From NCBI RefSeq assembly GCF_006345805.1, contig NC_042999.1, positions 79,732,001-79,796,000 on the forward strand: a stretch of 64,000 nucleotides of DNA, in the 5' to 3' direction. The notes under the pieces were generated by a model. The model made no database searches, was not told the DNA's origin, and saw only the letters and a program-made list of their open reading frames with translations. The DNA comes from Octopus sinensis. Its lineage: Eukaryota. A program made the translations under genes and the position numbers. Positions 39,406 through 51,389 of this stretch are shown here, one piece after another; the first letter of the stretch is position 1; each line of letters starts with the position of its first letter.

Positions 39406-40198
39406 TGTGGTATGATCAATAAGTATACGGACTGTTGCTATAGTAACAAAACTAAAGCACGCAGAATGAAGCCGCTTCGCACAGATTTACTTTAAACTAA
39501 GCTGTGAATGTGCACTACATTTTAACCTTCTAGCTCAGTTCCGTTATTTACAGCACTGCTTAGAAAGAAGGTGTGTAGTGTGTGATTGTCGCATCGACCA
39601 TGACAGAGGAAGTTGAGCTAAGAATCTGCATCAAATTTTGCCAAAATCTTGGCGATACCTGCTCAGAGGCCTACGCAAATATATCGAAAAGTTTTCATCG
39701 TTCTCAAGACAATGAAGGAGATCTTGTACATCTGAAACCCGAGTGTCATTTTGGCCAGCTAAATACAGTTTTGACACAAACTTGGCAGACACGCGTCTCA
39801 TACATTGATAATCGATTGAACTGAACCGTAACTAATCTGCATATCCTCTGATAACTTACAGATGGTGATCCGACGATTTCCTCTCATAGCTGCATGCACA
39901 TCTGCGATATTTTTCTCAGTTCTGCTGGTTGCGAACATTTGTCAACATGGTCACCTTCGAAACGTTTAAACCACTTGTACACCGGTATGCGGATCATACA
40001 CTGCACGTTCTGCAAATTTGCGTTGGCCTCTGAGCAAGTATCGCCATGACAACTTTCGCTGCTGTAAACCGCGGAAATGTGCTACTACGTTAAAGTGCAC
40101 AGCATAGTTCAAGGTCAATATGTGCCGAGCAGCTTTACTCTGCGTGCTTTAGCTTCGTTACTATGAAAATAGTGCGGATGTCTATTGATCAGACCTAG
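39406..40198. mobile_element. Non-autonomous mariner derivative made of two 5' ends
   Basis: TA-flanked. Both ends carry (c)gaggtctgatcaat-type TIRs, long diverged subterminal homology and the segment ggcgatac(c/t)tgctcagaggcc from the transposase start (ELRICIKFCQNLGDTCSEAY). Confidence 0.75.
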
Positions 40199-40234
40199 TA
40201 TTATGTTATATTATATTATGCAAACATTAAGAAT

Positions 40235-40410
40235 CGTTAGCATGCCGGGCAAAATGCTTTGCGGCATTTCGTCTGGCGCTACTTTCTGAGTTCAAATTCC
40301 GGCGAGGTTGACTTTACCTTTCATCGATTCGGAGTTGGTGAAATAAGCATCAGTCGACTATTCCCCTCCCACAAATTTCAGACCTTGTGCCTATAGTAGG
40401 AAGGATATTA
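40235..40410 (+). mobile_element. SINE family B
   Basis: Head and central motif. Confidence 0.85.
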
Positions 40411-40414
40411 TATT

Positions 40415-40480
<66 letters not shown>

Positions 40481-40849
40481 ATGTCAATAATATTATGTAC
40501 AGGATAATTATCAGTTTTCCCCTAACGCGTGATTGATATAATAGGAGGAGTCAGTCACACCGCGGGTATGACTCTCGTAACCATTATTTTACGCTGCGAT
40601 CGACTCAATACGACTCTTACAAAGAAAAAAAAAGAAAAAAGAGATAATGTAAACTGGTTGCTATTTCTAAGACTAATTGATTCCAACTAGAAAGCTTTTG
40701 ATCATTGGTTCTCTTTATAAGGGTTGATACGGCAATGAACAATATGTTCAGTTCATATTTTCTCGTTGATACACTCTTGCAGTTCTTCAAGAAAATATGT
40801 TTGACGGTTAAAACAGAATTCATTTTTTTTAGAAAGAATATTTTGCAAT

Positions 40850-41250
40850 GCGGCGAGCTGGCCGAAATGTTAGCACTCCGGGCGAAATGCTTAGCGGTAT
40901 TTCGTCTGCCGCTACATTCCTGAGTTCAGATTCCGCCGAGGTCGACTTTGTCTTTCATCATTTCGAGGTCGATTAAATAAGTACCAGTTGCGCACTGGAG
41001 TCGATGTAATCGACTTAATCCGTTTGTCTGTCCTTCTTTGTCCCTTCTTTGTTTATTCCCTTGTGGGTAGTAAAGAAATAGGTATTTCGCTCGTCGTTAC
41101 ATTCTAGGTTCAAATTCCGCCAAGGACGACTTTACCTTTCATCCTTTCGGGGTCGATAAATTAAGTACCAATGAAACATTGGGATCGATATAATCGACTA
41201 GTCCCCATTCCAAATTCTAGACAAATTCTAGACCTTGTACCTCCACTAGA
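40850..41250 (+). mobile_element. SINE family B, dimeric form
   Basis: Same internal junction (gtgggtagtaaagaaatag.tatttc) as 20773-21156. Confidence 0.9.
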
Positions 41251-41533
41251 AAGTATTATCTTTCAGATTGCTTTTCGATGTCTGGTATAGATTTTTTGTT
41301 TGTTCGTTCGTTTTGGCGCTCAACTTTATAGCTTAAAAAACATGAGTGTCAAATAGTTAAAAATATTTTTTAATATTTTATCTGTAACTGCTTGCTTGTT
41401 CCAGTCTAGTTTGAAAGACAAAAACAAACAATAAAGACACACATGTTTTGTATGTATACATGTATGTGTGTGTGAAAGTATGTATTGTATGTCTCTGTCT
41501 GTATGTTTGTTTGTCTGTCTCTCTGTCTCTCTG

Positions 41534-41567
<34 letters not shown>

Positions 41568-41577
41568 CCGGAGTAAA

Positions 41578-41905
41578 CACATAAATGTGAAACAAGGTGG
41601 AAAAAAAGAGTACTCAAATACCAGTGGTATAGTAATATGCTTTATTTAAAGCTTTAAAGCAATAGAAAATTCAACAAAACCTGTCACTCTGAGTTTCACG
41701 TTGCCGTTCGTCGGACAGTTTTTGCTAGAATAGAACCGATATGTCAATTCTATCCAGACTAGTATAAACGCTAAACCTTTAAAAATGGACTTGTTTGATT
41801 GGTCCTATACAAATAACGGTCAAATTTCGAGCGTTTTCGACGAACGGCAACATGAAACTCAGTAACAGGTTTTGTTGAATTTTCTGCTGCTTTAAATAAA
41901 GTATA
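41578..41905. mobile_element. HHR-bearing module B (-) plus inverted truncated module C (+)
   Basis: About 41650-41712 is the reverse complement of about 41838-41900. B reads aaaaactgt-CCGACGA-acg gcaa cgt-GAAA-ctcagag-TG-acagg. Confidence 0.8.
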
Positions 41906-41921
41906 TATATATATATTATAT

Positions 41922-41955
<34 letters not shown>

Positions 41956-42074
41956 CATATACATACATACATACATACATACATACTACATACATACATA
42001 CATACATATATACATATATATGTATGTATGTATAGCTTAGTGGAAAGGGCGTCGGTCCGTCGCAGGTTTACACA

Positions 42075-42212
42075 TTGATTCCAGCTGAGTAAAGTGGAGC
42101 AACAGGAAATGAATTGTTATGCTTAAGAATACAACGCATCACCCTGCTCAGGAATCAAAACGTCAATCTTACGATCAGGAGTCCAATACACTAACCACTA
42201 AGCCACACACCT
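42075..42212 (-). mobile_element. tRNA-derived SINE family D (CORE-like), truncated
   Basis: Head gtgtggcttagtggttag...gttttgattcc, then catttcctgttgctccactttactcagctgg. Confidence 0.7.
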
Positions 42213-42249
42213 TCATACACAAACATACGTACACACACACATACATACA

Positions 42250-42299
<50 letters not shown>

Positions 42300-42307
42300 T
42301 ATATGAC

Positions 42308-42450
42308 GGTCTTGTTTTAGTTTCTGTCTACCAAATCCGCTCACAATTCTTTGGTCGACTCGGATCTTTCGTGGAAGAGATCTGCGAAGGTGCCACGCAG
42401 TGAGAATAGACACAGGACCACGTTGTTAGGAATCAAAGTTTTTACCACAC
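42308..42450 (-). mobile_element. SINE family A head fragment
   Basis: Reverse-complement match. Confidence 0.7.
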
Positions 42451-43089
42451 AGACACACACTGGCGCCTAATTTACATGTGTACGATACAGTTGAAGTTCA
42501 TTACAATTGAACGCAGTGTAATTTGTAAGTCATTGGACGGTTTTCAATTTAGGATTGTTTTTTTTTTTGTGTCTTTTTTCTTCCGACTGCATAAATTAGT
42601 TCTTTGAAAGGGTTCCTCACGAGAAAATAAAACACGGAAATTGTTTAAGTTAAACTTTACGCTTTGTATTCTTTGACCAGTCAGGTATAGATTCATCTCG
42701 AATTAAAAAATTACTTATTCGTTTGGTAACATTAAACTTAGGCAGATCGAAAGCTGTCATAATGATGAGCAATGAGAGACATCCAGTGACAGTAAATTCT
42801 ATACGCACGTACAAAACATGCACATACATTATACAGTTTATGATATATATATAAATGCATGCACACGCACATACATACAAACATACATACATACATATCT
42901 GTCTAGGTATGTATATATGTATGTATGGACATACTGGCACACACATAAGCATATATATATTATATGCATGTATAATATGTATATGTGCGCGCATATGTGT
43001 GGGTGTATGTGCTAGTTTGCGTGCGAAACAATTCACTACAAATATATTCATTGACAGCATGCCAATAAGTGCAAACTTTCGGGGCGTGT

Positions 43090-43420
43090 ATTACAGCAAA
43101 TCGAAATGCCAAATATCAGAATGTCTTGAAATGCCATGATCAACATTGCTGAAATCCTTGCCAAGATTTCGATATATGTACAGTCATCTTTCACTCCCGG
43201 CAAAAGAGACTTCAACGTCTCGTCATACTTCTGAAGAAGATTTGTTAAACAGCTTCCTCCATGTGGAGTACTTCTGAGAAAGCTATTGTTCCACGTTTGT
43301 ATAATTACTCGTTTATGCTCTGTTTCTCTCTTTGTGAATTGGTTTGATGATTGCCTCCTTCAGGGTTGCAAGAAAGATTTCAAACATCCAGAAACGTTAT
43401 AACATTAATTTTCAAAGGTT
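43090..43420 (-). mobile_element. CR1/L2-group LINE RT fragment
   Basis: [11 protein letters not shown]...GGSCLTNLLQKYDETLKSL matches the RT subdomain preceding the DFxKAFD motif. Confidence 0.7.
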
Positions 43421-43481
43421 TTCCTAGGACACTGCAGCATTATTTTAGTATCATAGGAAAGATGGATATATATATATCCTT

Positions 43482-43544
<63 letters not shown>

Positions 43545-43566
43545 TATATTTATATGCATATATGTT

Positions 43567-43622
<56 letters not shown>

Positions 43623-43740
43623 TATATTTATATGTAAATATATATACATATATGTATACACAAATATACAGATATGAATATATATATACATATGTGTATA
43701 TATATGAATGTATATATATGTAAATATGTATACATACATG

Positions 43741-43779
<39 letters not shown>

Positions 43780-43905
43780 TTTCGGTGCGAATGTTTTTGT
43801 TTTTTATTACGGCGCCGTGATTTACGCTCCTGTAAATAATGATAATGGTACAATTATTATATAAAAATACTATATATATGTATATATATATATATATATA
43901 ATATA

Positions 43906-43938
<33 letters not shown>

Positions 43939-44107
43939 GTATATGTATACACACACAGTCAGTTATAAGTTAGAGGTGTTAAGCCCTCTAAGGGATATAA
44001 GTATCCAGAGGCACTCCTGGTAATTATCTCAGTAAGTATAATCTTTGGTATAAGATATACGGCTGCAGGTAATTTAAAAAGGTAAATCGTAGTTTAATTT
44101 CTTATCG

Positions 44108-44400
44108 TCACCGTGACCGACCAGGCTATCAGATGTTGCTACACATCGCTGGTCACAATGCGCTTCGCATTGTTTTAGCCTTCAAATGACGCCACCCCGC
44201 TGGCTAAGTGGGCAGGCCAACAGAAGAAAGAGCGAGAGAAAGTTGTGGCGAAAGAGTACTGCAGGGATCGCCACCACCCCCTGCCGGAGCCTCGTGGAGC
44301 ATTAGGTGTTTTCGCTCAATAAACACTAACAACGCCCAGTATGGGAATCGAAACTGCGATCCTACGACCGCGAGTCCGCTGCCCTAACCACTGGGCCATT
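44108..44400 (-). mobile_element. tRNA-derived SINE family C, full copy
   Basis: A box tggcccagtgg, B box gtttcgattcc, body ending ctggtcggtcacggtga. Confidence 0.88.
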
Positions 44401-44421
44401 ATATATATGTATATATATATA

Positions 44422-44665
44422 CTAGCAGCTAAGCCCGGTTTCACCCGGTCGGGTTGGTTGATGTGGCTGTAAAACCTGCTCTGTGTAAGCATTCGGCTTG
44501 TTTGGGCACACTTACGTTAAAAGATAATTATAGAATGACTTTTCTCTGTCAAAACGCTAAACATAACTGATTAGCAAAATAAAACAAGATTCAACCAAAT
44601 CAAAAAATGAACCAAATACTAAGCAAGCAAAGATAAACCATCCCACTTCAATTGCGCGTGCAAAT

Positions 44666-44713
<48 letters not shown>

Positions 44714-45100
44714 AAACACACACATGCAAACACACATTCACATACCACCCATTTTACATGCACACACATATATTCACACAGAACTGAAACGCTGTTTGAT
44801 TTATTTTTTCAGCGTAGAATTTTTCATCGTCCCACTACCAAGTATGACATCACCCCTTCCTTCTTTATTCATCTATCATCCCTTCCATTCTCATTCATAA
44901 ACACAAGAGTATTATTATAGTAGATTATCTCGGTAACCATGAGAACTAGGAAAAAATACAATGTCCAGCATCATCACCGGATCGTTCTGCACATCTATGT
45001 AATTTTTCGCGCAATTCCACCCAGCCGTTTGACCGTGAATCCCAAGACAAGAAAGAATCGCCCATTTAACTTTCAATATGCGTGGAAGCGGGATCAAGAA
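44422..45100 (-). mobile_element. Non-autonomous Helitron-like element (3' terminus clear, 5' end uncertain)
   Basis: Minus strand ends ccgggtgaaaccgggcttagctgCTAG|T (subterminal hairpin + CTAG). Confidence 0.55.
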
Positions 45101-45150
45101 TTAGCGATTCAGAGATAAAAGTGTCATTCTCTGTTTATATACTTTTTGTC

Positions 45151-45213
<63 letters not shown>

Positions 45214-46402
45214 TTCGTCTCTCTCTTTCTTAGTTTTTCTTTGTATGTGTCTGTGCGTGTGAGTGTGTATGTGTGTGTGTGTGTGTGTGTGCGTGCGTGT
45301 ATGTGTGACATAGTTTTAATATACAAGTGAATCAGTATAGTTATTATTGGTCTCATATTTTGGCACAAGTCCAAGACCGAAAAGCCCCGCGTTCCCCGAA
45401 AAAAGACACTCCTCGTAAACCAATAAGATTTAATCATTTTTAATTTCTGATAAAAAAAATCGCATTCTAGTACAATATTTTTTCTCTATCTGCTATCATA
45501 GTTGTATCTATTTATACGACATATTTTTGCTTAGGCTCATTTCAGTTCCACTCGTGCAGATCTCTGACTATCCCACCTTTTCTCGTACATTCTCTTTCTG
45601 GTTGTCTTATTAAACGTGTCATTTGTTTTTTAAGACGAAGGCGTATATGCAAGCGAGTTCCTAGTGGGTTGTATGACCCCCGTAAAAGCTTTCACCCATG
45701 TTCCTTTTCAACAGTTCGCTAATAAAAGTAATTGTATCTCCTCTTATTCCAGCAGTACTTCAGCGTGCATAAATTAATATCGTATTGGTAGAAAAGAACT
45801 AAGTTGTCGAATTAATAAAGAAATTCGAATGATTTCTGAACAAATGCGGGAAAATGAGTGCCAAACACCATCCAGTTTTTGCGCAAGCAAGGAAAATTTG
45901 ACCGAAAATCTCGTTTAAAAATTATCTGAATTACAATCTTGCAGCAACATTTTATGTTAATCTAAGCCCCACATATCAGCTGAATTATGACAATATTGGG
46001 TGGTTCCCTCTGGCTAGGGCTGTTAACGTAAGAGGGATAATCTTCTCTTCAAAACACAAGGTGGGCTTAGAAATCTGTACTTTAAAGAATACGAAGAAAA
46101 AGACGTATATTATTTTTCTTTTTATCTATTTCGAAGTTCTCATAATTTTGTATTAGTGATAATCACTACAGCACTATTTTACCCTTTTTAGAACTTTCAG
46201 CATGATTCAACCGATGATTTGTTAATTATATATTACGAAAAGAGCTATTTCATTTAAGTTAAATTTGAAATTAATTATAAACCGGAGGATGTTCATAGAA
46301 TGTTTTATGCCTTCATAGGAAACCATCGGTGCTTTAGGAATCGAGGGAAAGAGAATGTTTTTTGCCATAGTCTTCATTGTTTTCAAAATTAACATAAACC
46401 AA

Positions 46403-46448
<46 letters not shown>

Positions 46449-46751
46449 GTTACAGAAGAGTTGCCATCACTAACGACACTTTGAAAGCATCAAACTAAAA
46501 TTTACTGTGAAGTACTGCCACCAACAGAATTTAACTAGTATTTAACGTGTGAACAAAAAAACTGCAATTAATTGAACAGCATCACACCATAACACTAGTT
46601 TTGTTTGTCAATTTATAAAGAGAAAGACGGAGAGAAAGAAAAAGACAGCCAGAGCAGGAAATGAGAGGTACAAAGAAACTCTCCTGGCGTGTGCGTGTGT
46701 GTCTGACTGTGTGTGTGAGAGAGAGAGTATATGTGTGTGTGTGTGTGTGGT

Positions 46752-46818
<67 letters not shown>

Positions 46819-47423
46819 GAGATGTGATGACATCTTTTCTTAAGGCAGAACGAATTATTAAAATGCTTCTCTATTCACCCCACGCCATTAGCAACTGCTA
46901 AGAAATTAATTCATAATGCACTAAAAAGTGCTTTTGGATACTTTATAAAACATAAGGTAATATCTTTTTAAATAAACATACAGTTTTAGCCACGCTGTGC
47001 AAAAAAAAAAAATTTGTTATACCCTAGCTTCAAAAATTATTGGGAAGAAAGTGTATAGATATATATACTGTTGTGTCTGGGGAGAATCATTCTCTTTTGG
47101 TGTTTTATGATTTAACACACTCACCGGTAAAATTTCCACTTGTTTCTTTTTATTTTTCTAAAATTTTCGTTGCGTTTTGCAACCTTTTCAATAGTTTACT
47201 CACACTGTGTTCCTTTTTCTTTGTTTCTGCGCATGCATGTGGATCAGTGTGTGTGTGTGCCTATACATTCATACATGTATGTATGTATGTATGTATGTAT
47301 GTATGTATGTATGCATGTATGTATGTGTGTATGTATGTATGTATGTATGCATGTGTGTATGCTTGTATGTGTCTCTGTGTGTGCATATGTATATATTTAT
47401 TCATATATATATATATATTATAT

Positions 47424-47466
<43 letters not shown>

Positions 47467-47496
47467 CATATAGATAGATAGATTTTATAGTCGATA

Positions 47497-47669
47497 GACC
47501 GTTTTATGGGATTACCCTGGGTTTCTCGCTTAAAAGGCGTTTGGCCTTACGGCGTATCTCAGACTATTTTTGAGGAGATCACAAGCCAGCAGCGTTTAGG
47601 GTCCGAATATACACCGTAAGGCTAAAACCTTTATCAGTGACACGTCGAGGGTAACTCCATAAACCGGCC
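47497..47669. mobile_element. 173-bp fold-back MITE
   Basis: TA-flanked, with two nested inverted-repeat blocks (accgttttatgggattaccct/agggtaactccataaaccgg and ggccttacggcgtat/atacaccgtaaggct). Confidence 0.65.
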
Positions 47670-47750
47670 TAACCCACTATATTATTAACTGCTCTATATC
47701 TTAGGGTGTGTTCCTCCTCCGGATTTATTCATTTCTACAAACGATCCTGT

Positions 47751-47811
<61 letters not shown>

Positions 47812-47869
47812 ACGATGCTAAACATTGTCACTTGATACTATCTCTCGGATGTTGCAGGGAGCCCATAAA

Positions 47870-48030
47870 CATTTCTAAGACCAGTCTAACAAAATTACTC
47901 ACAAGGATTTGGTCGTCACGAGCCTATAGTAGAGGACACTTACCTCACCCAAGTTACCACGCAACGGGACTAAGCCCAGAACCATGTGATTGTAAAGCAT
48001 GCTTCTTGCTACTGAGCCACGGCTGTGCCT
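47870..48030 (-). mobile_element. SINE family A head fragment
   Basis: Reverse-complement match. Confidence 0.7.
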
Positions 48031-48599
48031 GTTGAAATTGTCAAATTTCGGCAGATGTGTGGAAATATGTGACTTTGTCTGTGTTAGGGGTCGTGCTTAC
48101 TGCTGTATTGTTATTGCCCTTGACGTAAAATTCTACCTTAATGATTCAATGAAATGAGCACCAGACCGAAATCAATAGAGGGACCAATGTGATCAATTAA
48201 TCCTCCTTCTGAGAATGCCTACACATGTCGGAGTCTAATGTGTCTAAAGGGCTAAAGAATGCACAACGAATTTCTGAAACTTTCACTCGATGTTGTTCAA
48301 CTCAGATGAATGTCGAGGACGTTTGCACGGTAGGACTGGACTGGGAACTACGAGTTTGGTTTAGTATGCATGTGTATCATTGTTAAGTTTTATTTCATGA
48401 TTTCTAGCCAATAAAGAATGAGTCGGTTTCTAACATAGATACACCGGCAGAAATGTCCAGTGTAATCCATAGGCTGGAGAGGCGCAGCTGAAGTGTATGA
48501 GGGTAGAAAGTCCAGGTAGAGATTCCAAGTAGAATAGTCCAGTGTAGAAGGTGTAAAAGTTCGTTGGGTAATGAGAGGAGACAGGATCAAAGATATATA

Positions 48600-48665
48600 T
48601 ATATATGTATGTATATATATGTAAGTATATATATGTATGTATATATATATGTATATATATGTAAG

Positions 48666-48702
<37 letters not shown>

Positions 48703-48707
48703 GTAAG

Positions 48708-48744
<37 letters not shown>

Positions 48745-48789
48745 GTAAGTATATATATGTATGTATATATATATGTATATATATGTAAG

Positions 48790-48826
<37 letters not shown>

Positions 48827-48831
48827 GTAAG

Positions 48832-48899
<68 letters not shown>

Positions 48900-49020
48900 C
48901 ATGTATGTATATATATATATGTATATGTATATACATATGTATATATATATGTATATGTATATATATGTATATGTATATATGCATATATATACATATATGT
49001 ATATATGTATATATGTATAT

Positions 49021-49065
<45 letters not shown>

Positions 49066-49075
49066 GATATATATA
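48600..49075. repeat. Compound TA/TATG minisatellite with 40-42-bp higher-order period
   Basis: GTAAGT at 48621, 48661, 48703, 48745, 48785, 48827. Confidence 0.9.
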
Positions 49076-49107
49076 TATATACTTTATTAAAAAGCATAAA
49101 AATATAA

Positions 49108-49155
49108 AAAAACTGTAACTCAGAGTTTCACGTTCCCATTCGTCGGACAGTTTTT
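49108..49155 (-). ncRNA. Minimal type I hammerhead ribozyme motif with U4C core variant (copy D)
   Basis: aaaaactgt-CCGACGA-atg ggaa cgt-GAAA-ctctgag-TT-acagttttt. Perfect 9-bp stem I, GNRA-capped stem II, GUU site. Confidence 0.75.
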
Positions 49156-49422
49156 GCGATATTTTTGCTGCTTTTCATTAAATCATAATACTTTGCCTCT
49201 GGTATTCGAGTACTATTTTTTTCACCTTGTTTCACATTTATGTGCTTCCTTCGGTATATGTGTAAGAGGTACTGGTATTCAGAAGACCCAGGGTAGCATG
49301 TAAGCCTATGTAAGTGCTCGGGATGGACCATGGTTAAACTCTCGGTTCGATAATAATAGGAGTGAGGTGTCTGATGCGGGTCTTGTACGAGCAGGTATAT
49401 GTTAAATAATAATAATGATATG

Positions 49423-49460
<38 letters not shown>

Positions 49461-49468
<8 letters not shown>

Positions 49469-49578
49469 ATCACGTGACCGACCAGACCATCAGATGTTGT
49501 TACACATCGCTGGTCACAATGCGTTCGCATTGTTTTAGCCTTCGAAAGACGCCACCCCGCTGGCTAAGCGAGCAGGCC
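49461..49578 (-). mobile_element. SINE family C, 3' fragment
   Basis: Near-identical to part of 44108-44400. Confidence 0.85.
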
Positions 49579-49584
49579 ATATAT

Positions 49585-49622
<38 letters not shown>

Positions 49623-49711
49623 AGTTTTGTTTAAGGAAGATGAGTGAAACACCCATGTTCCAGACTTGAATTATTCAAAGCTCAAAGTACTACACTTAAC
49701 ACATTACTGTG

Positions 49712-49793
<82 letters not shown>

Positions 49794-50143
49794 TACCCCA
49801 AATATATATACAAGTAAAATACTTTTTCATGTATATCATTATTTTCACCAGAAAAATGCATTTATTATTACTCAATATTTCAGCATTTAGAAAATTAGTT
49901 CCACACTTCTATCTAGATGCTACCACTGAAAAGATAAATACTTCTATTCTTACTTTCTTCCCTTCTTCCTTTCTTTTCACTCTTCGTTTTACGTATTATG
50001 CATATATGTGCGTGCGCGCGCTGGTGTGTGAACATATATATTTACATATACACAGATCACTATGCATACACAGGTACACATTTCTTATGTATTGGCATAC
50101 ACGTATGTGCTGGTGTGTGAGCATACATATATGCGTATGCATG

Positions 50144-50198
<55 letters not shown>

Positions 50199-50217
50199 TA
50201 TATATACATATATACAC

Positions 50218-50293
<76 letters not shown>

Positions 50294-50376
50294 GCTTGAA
50301 TACATATAAGTATACGTACGTGTATATATGAGCGTATTTATGCATATATGCATTCATTTTCTCCTATAATCTTCAG

Positions 50377-50428
50377 TGTGGCTTCTGGGATGGAATTGCT
50401 TATCAGAAAAATTCAATGAAATACTAAG
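50377..50428 (+). other. Weak candidate exon (52 nt)
   Basis: Pyrimidine tract + CAG, AAG|GTAAAC donor, one open frame (WLLGWNCLSEKFNEIL). Confidence 0.25.
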
Positions 50429-50820
50429 GTAAACGTAACTAAAAACTAATGTTTATCAGGCAAAGTTCTCAAGAAAGCATATTCATTTCCAAGTGTACTA
50501 CCACGTGTCAATTAATAAAAGCTATTTTGTTTTCATAAATAGTGCAACAAGAATGACATATTTCCCGAGAACTAATCAACATTCAGTTACAAATGGGTAT
50601 TCCTACTGATTCTTACAATTACATAATATGCAACATCACAACAACTAAAACTAGTGTATTGAGTGCAAACCATTCTACTTGCTTATCTAAGAATGGCATT
50701 TCTCCCCTCCTACACCGTTCATATATTTCATAAACGAAATAGCAGTGTAATAAATAGTAGTGCTGTTAGATAATTAATTTACAGATTTTGCATATACATA
50801 TCTCAGTAGAATTTAGTAGC

Positions 50821-50898
<78 letters not shown>

Positions 50899-51389
50899 AT
50901 ATCTATATCTATTTATATTACTAAATATATATTTGTATACATACATACATACATAAGGTTTAAAGAATATCTTATGTGAGCAACGAGATGTGCCACTGCT
51001 ACTTTTGAGTTCATTTCAGAGCTCCGTGTAGATTATCATCATCTAGTCTGCTTCCGGTATAGCGGTTAAGTTACTAATTTACTTCTTTGTATCACTGGTT
51101 TGAGATACAGAGAAAATGTTGGAGAAATTATGATGAACAAAAGTTTATATCATTTGTTCCCTAAGCATATTTCAACCTTTTGTTTGTCTACAATTACTGT
51201 ATTGAATTTCCAAGTGCAATAGGGTCCTTAATCACAATTAGATCTTAAACAGTTGGTCTCTGTAAAATAATAAAATAAAGTGTTCCCCTGGTGCCTCGTT
51301 GTGGTTATGCAGCCAAATGGATTTAAAATAGCCGATACAAAGTTTCCAAACAACCACAATGAAAGCACATGATATAAATATGACAACTG

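Noticed and set aside
44340-44400. tRNA-like sequences (also other SINE heads)
   Set aside because: They are SINE heads continuing into repeat bodies, without complete cloverleaves.
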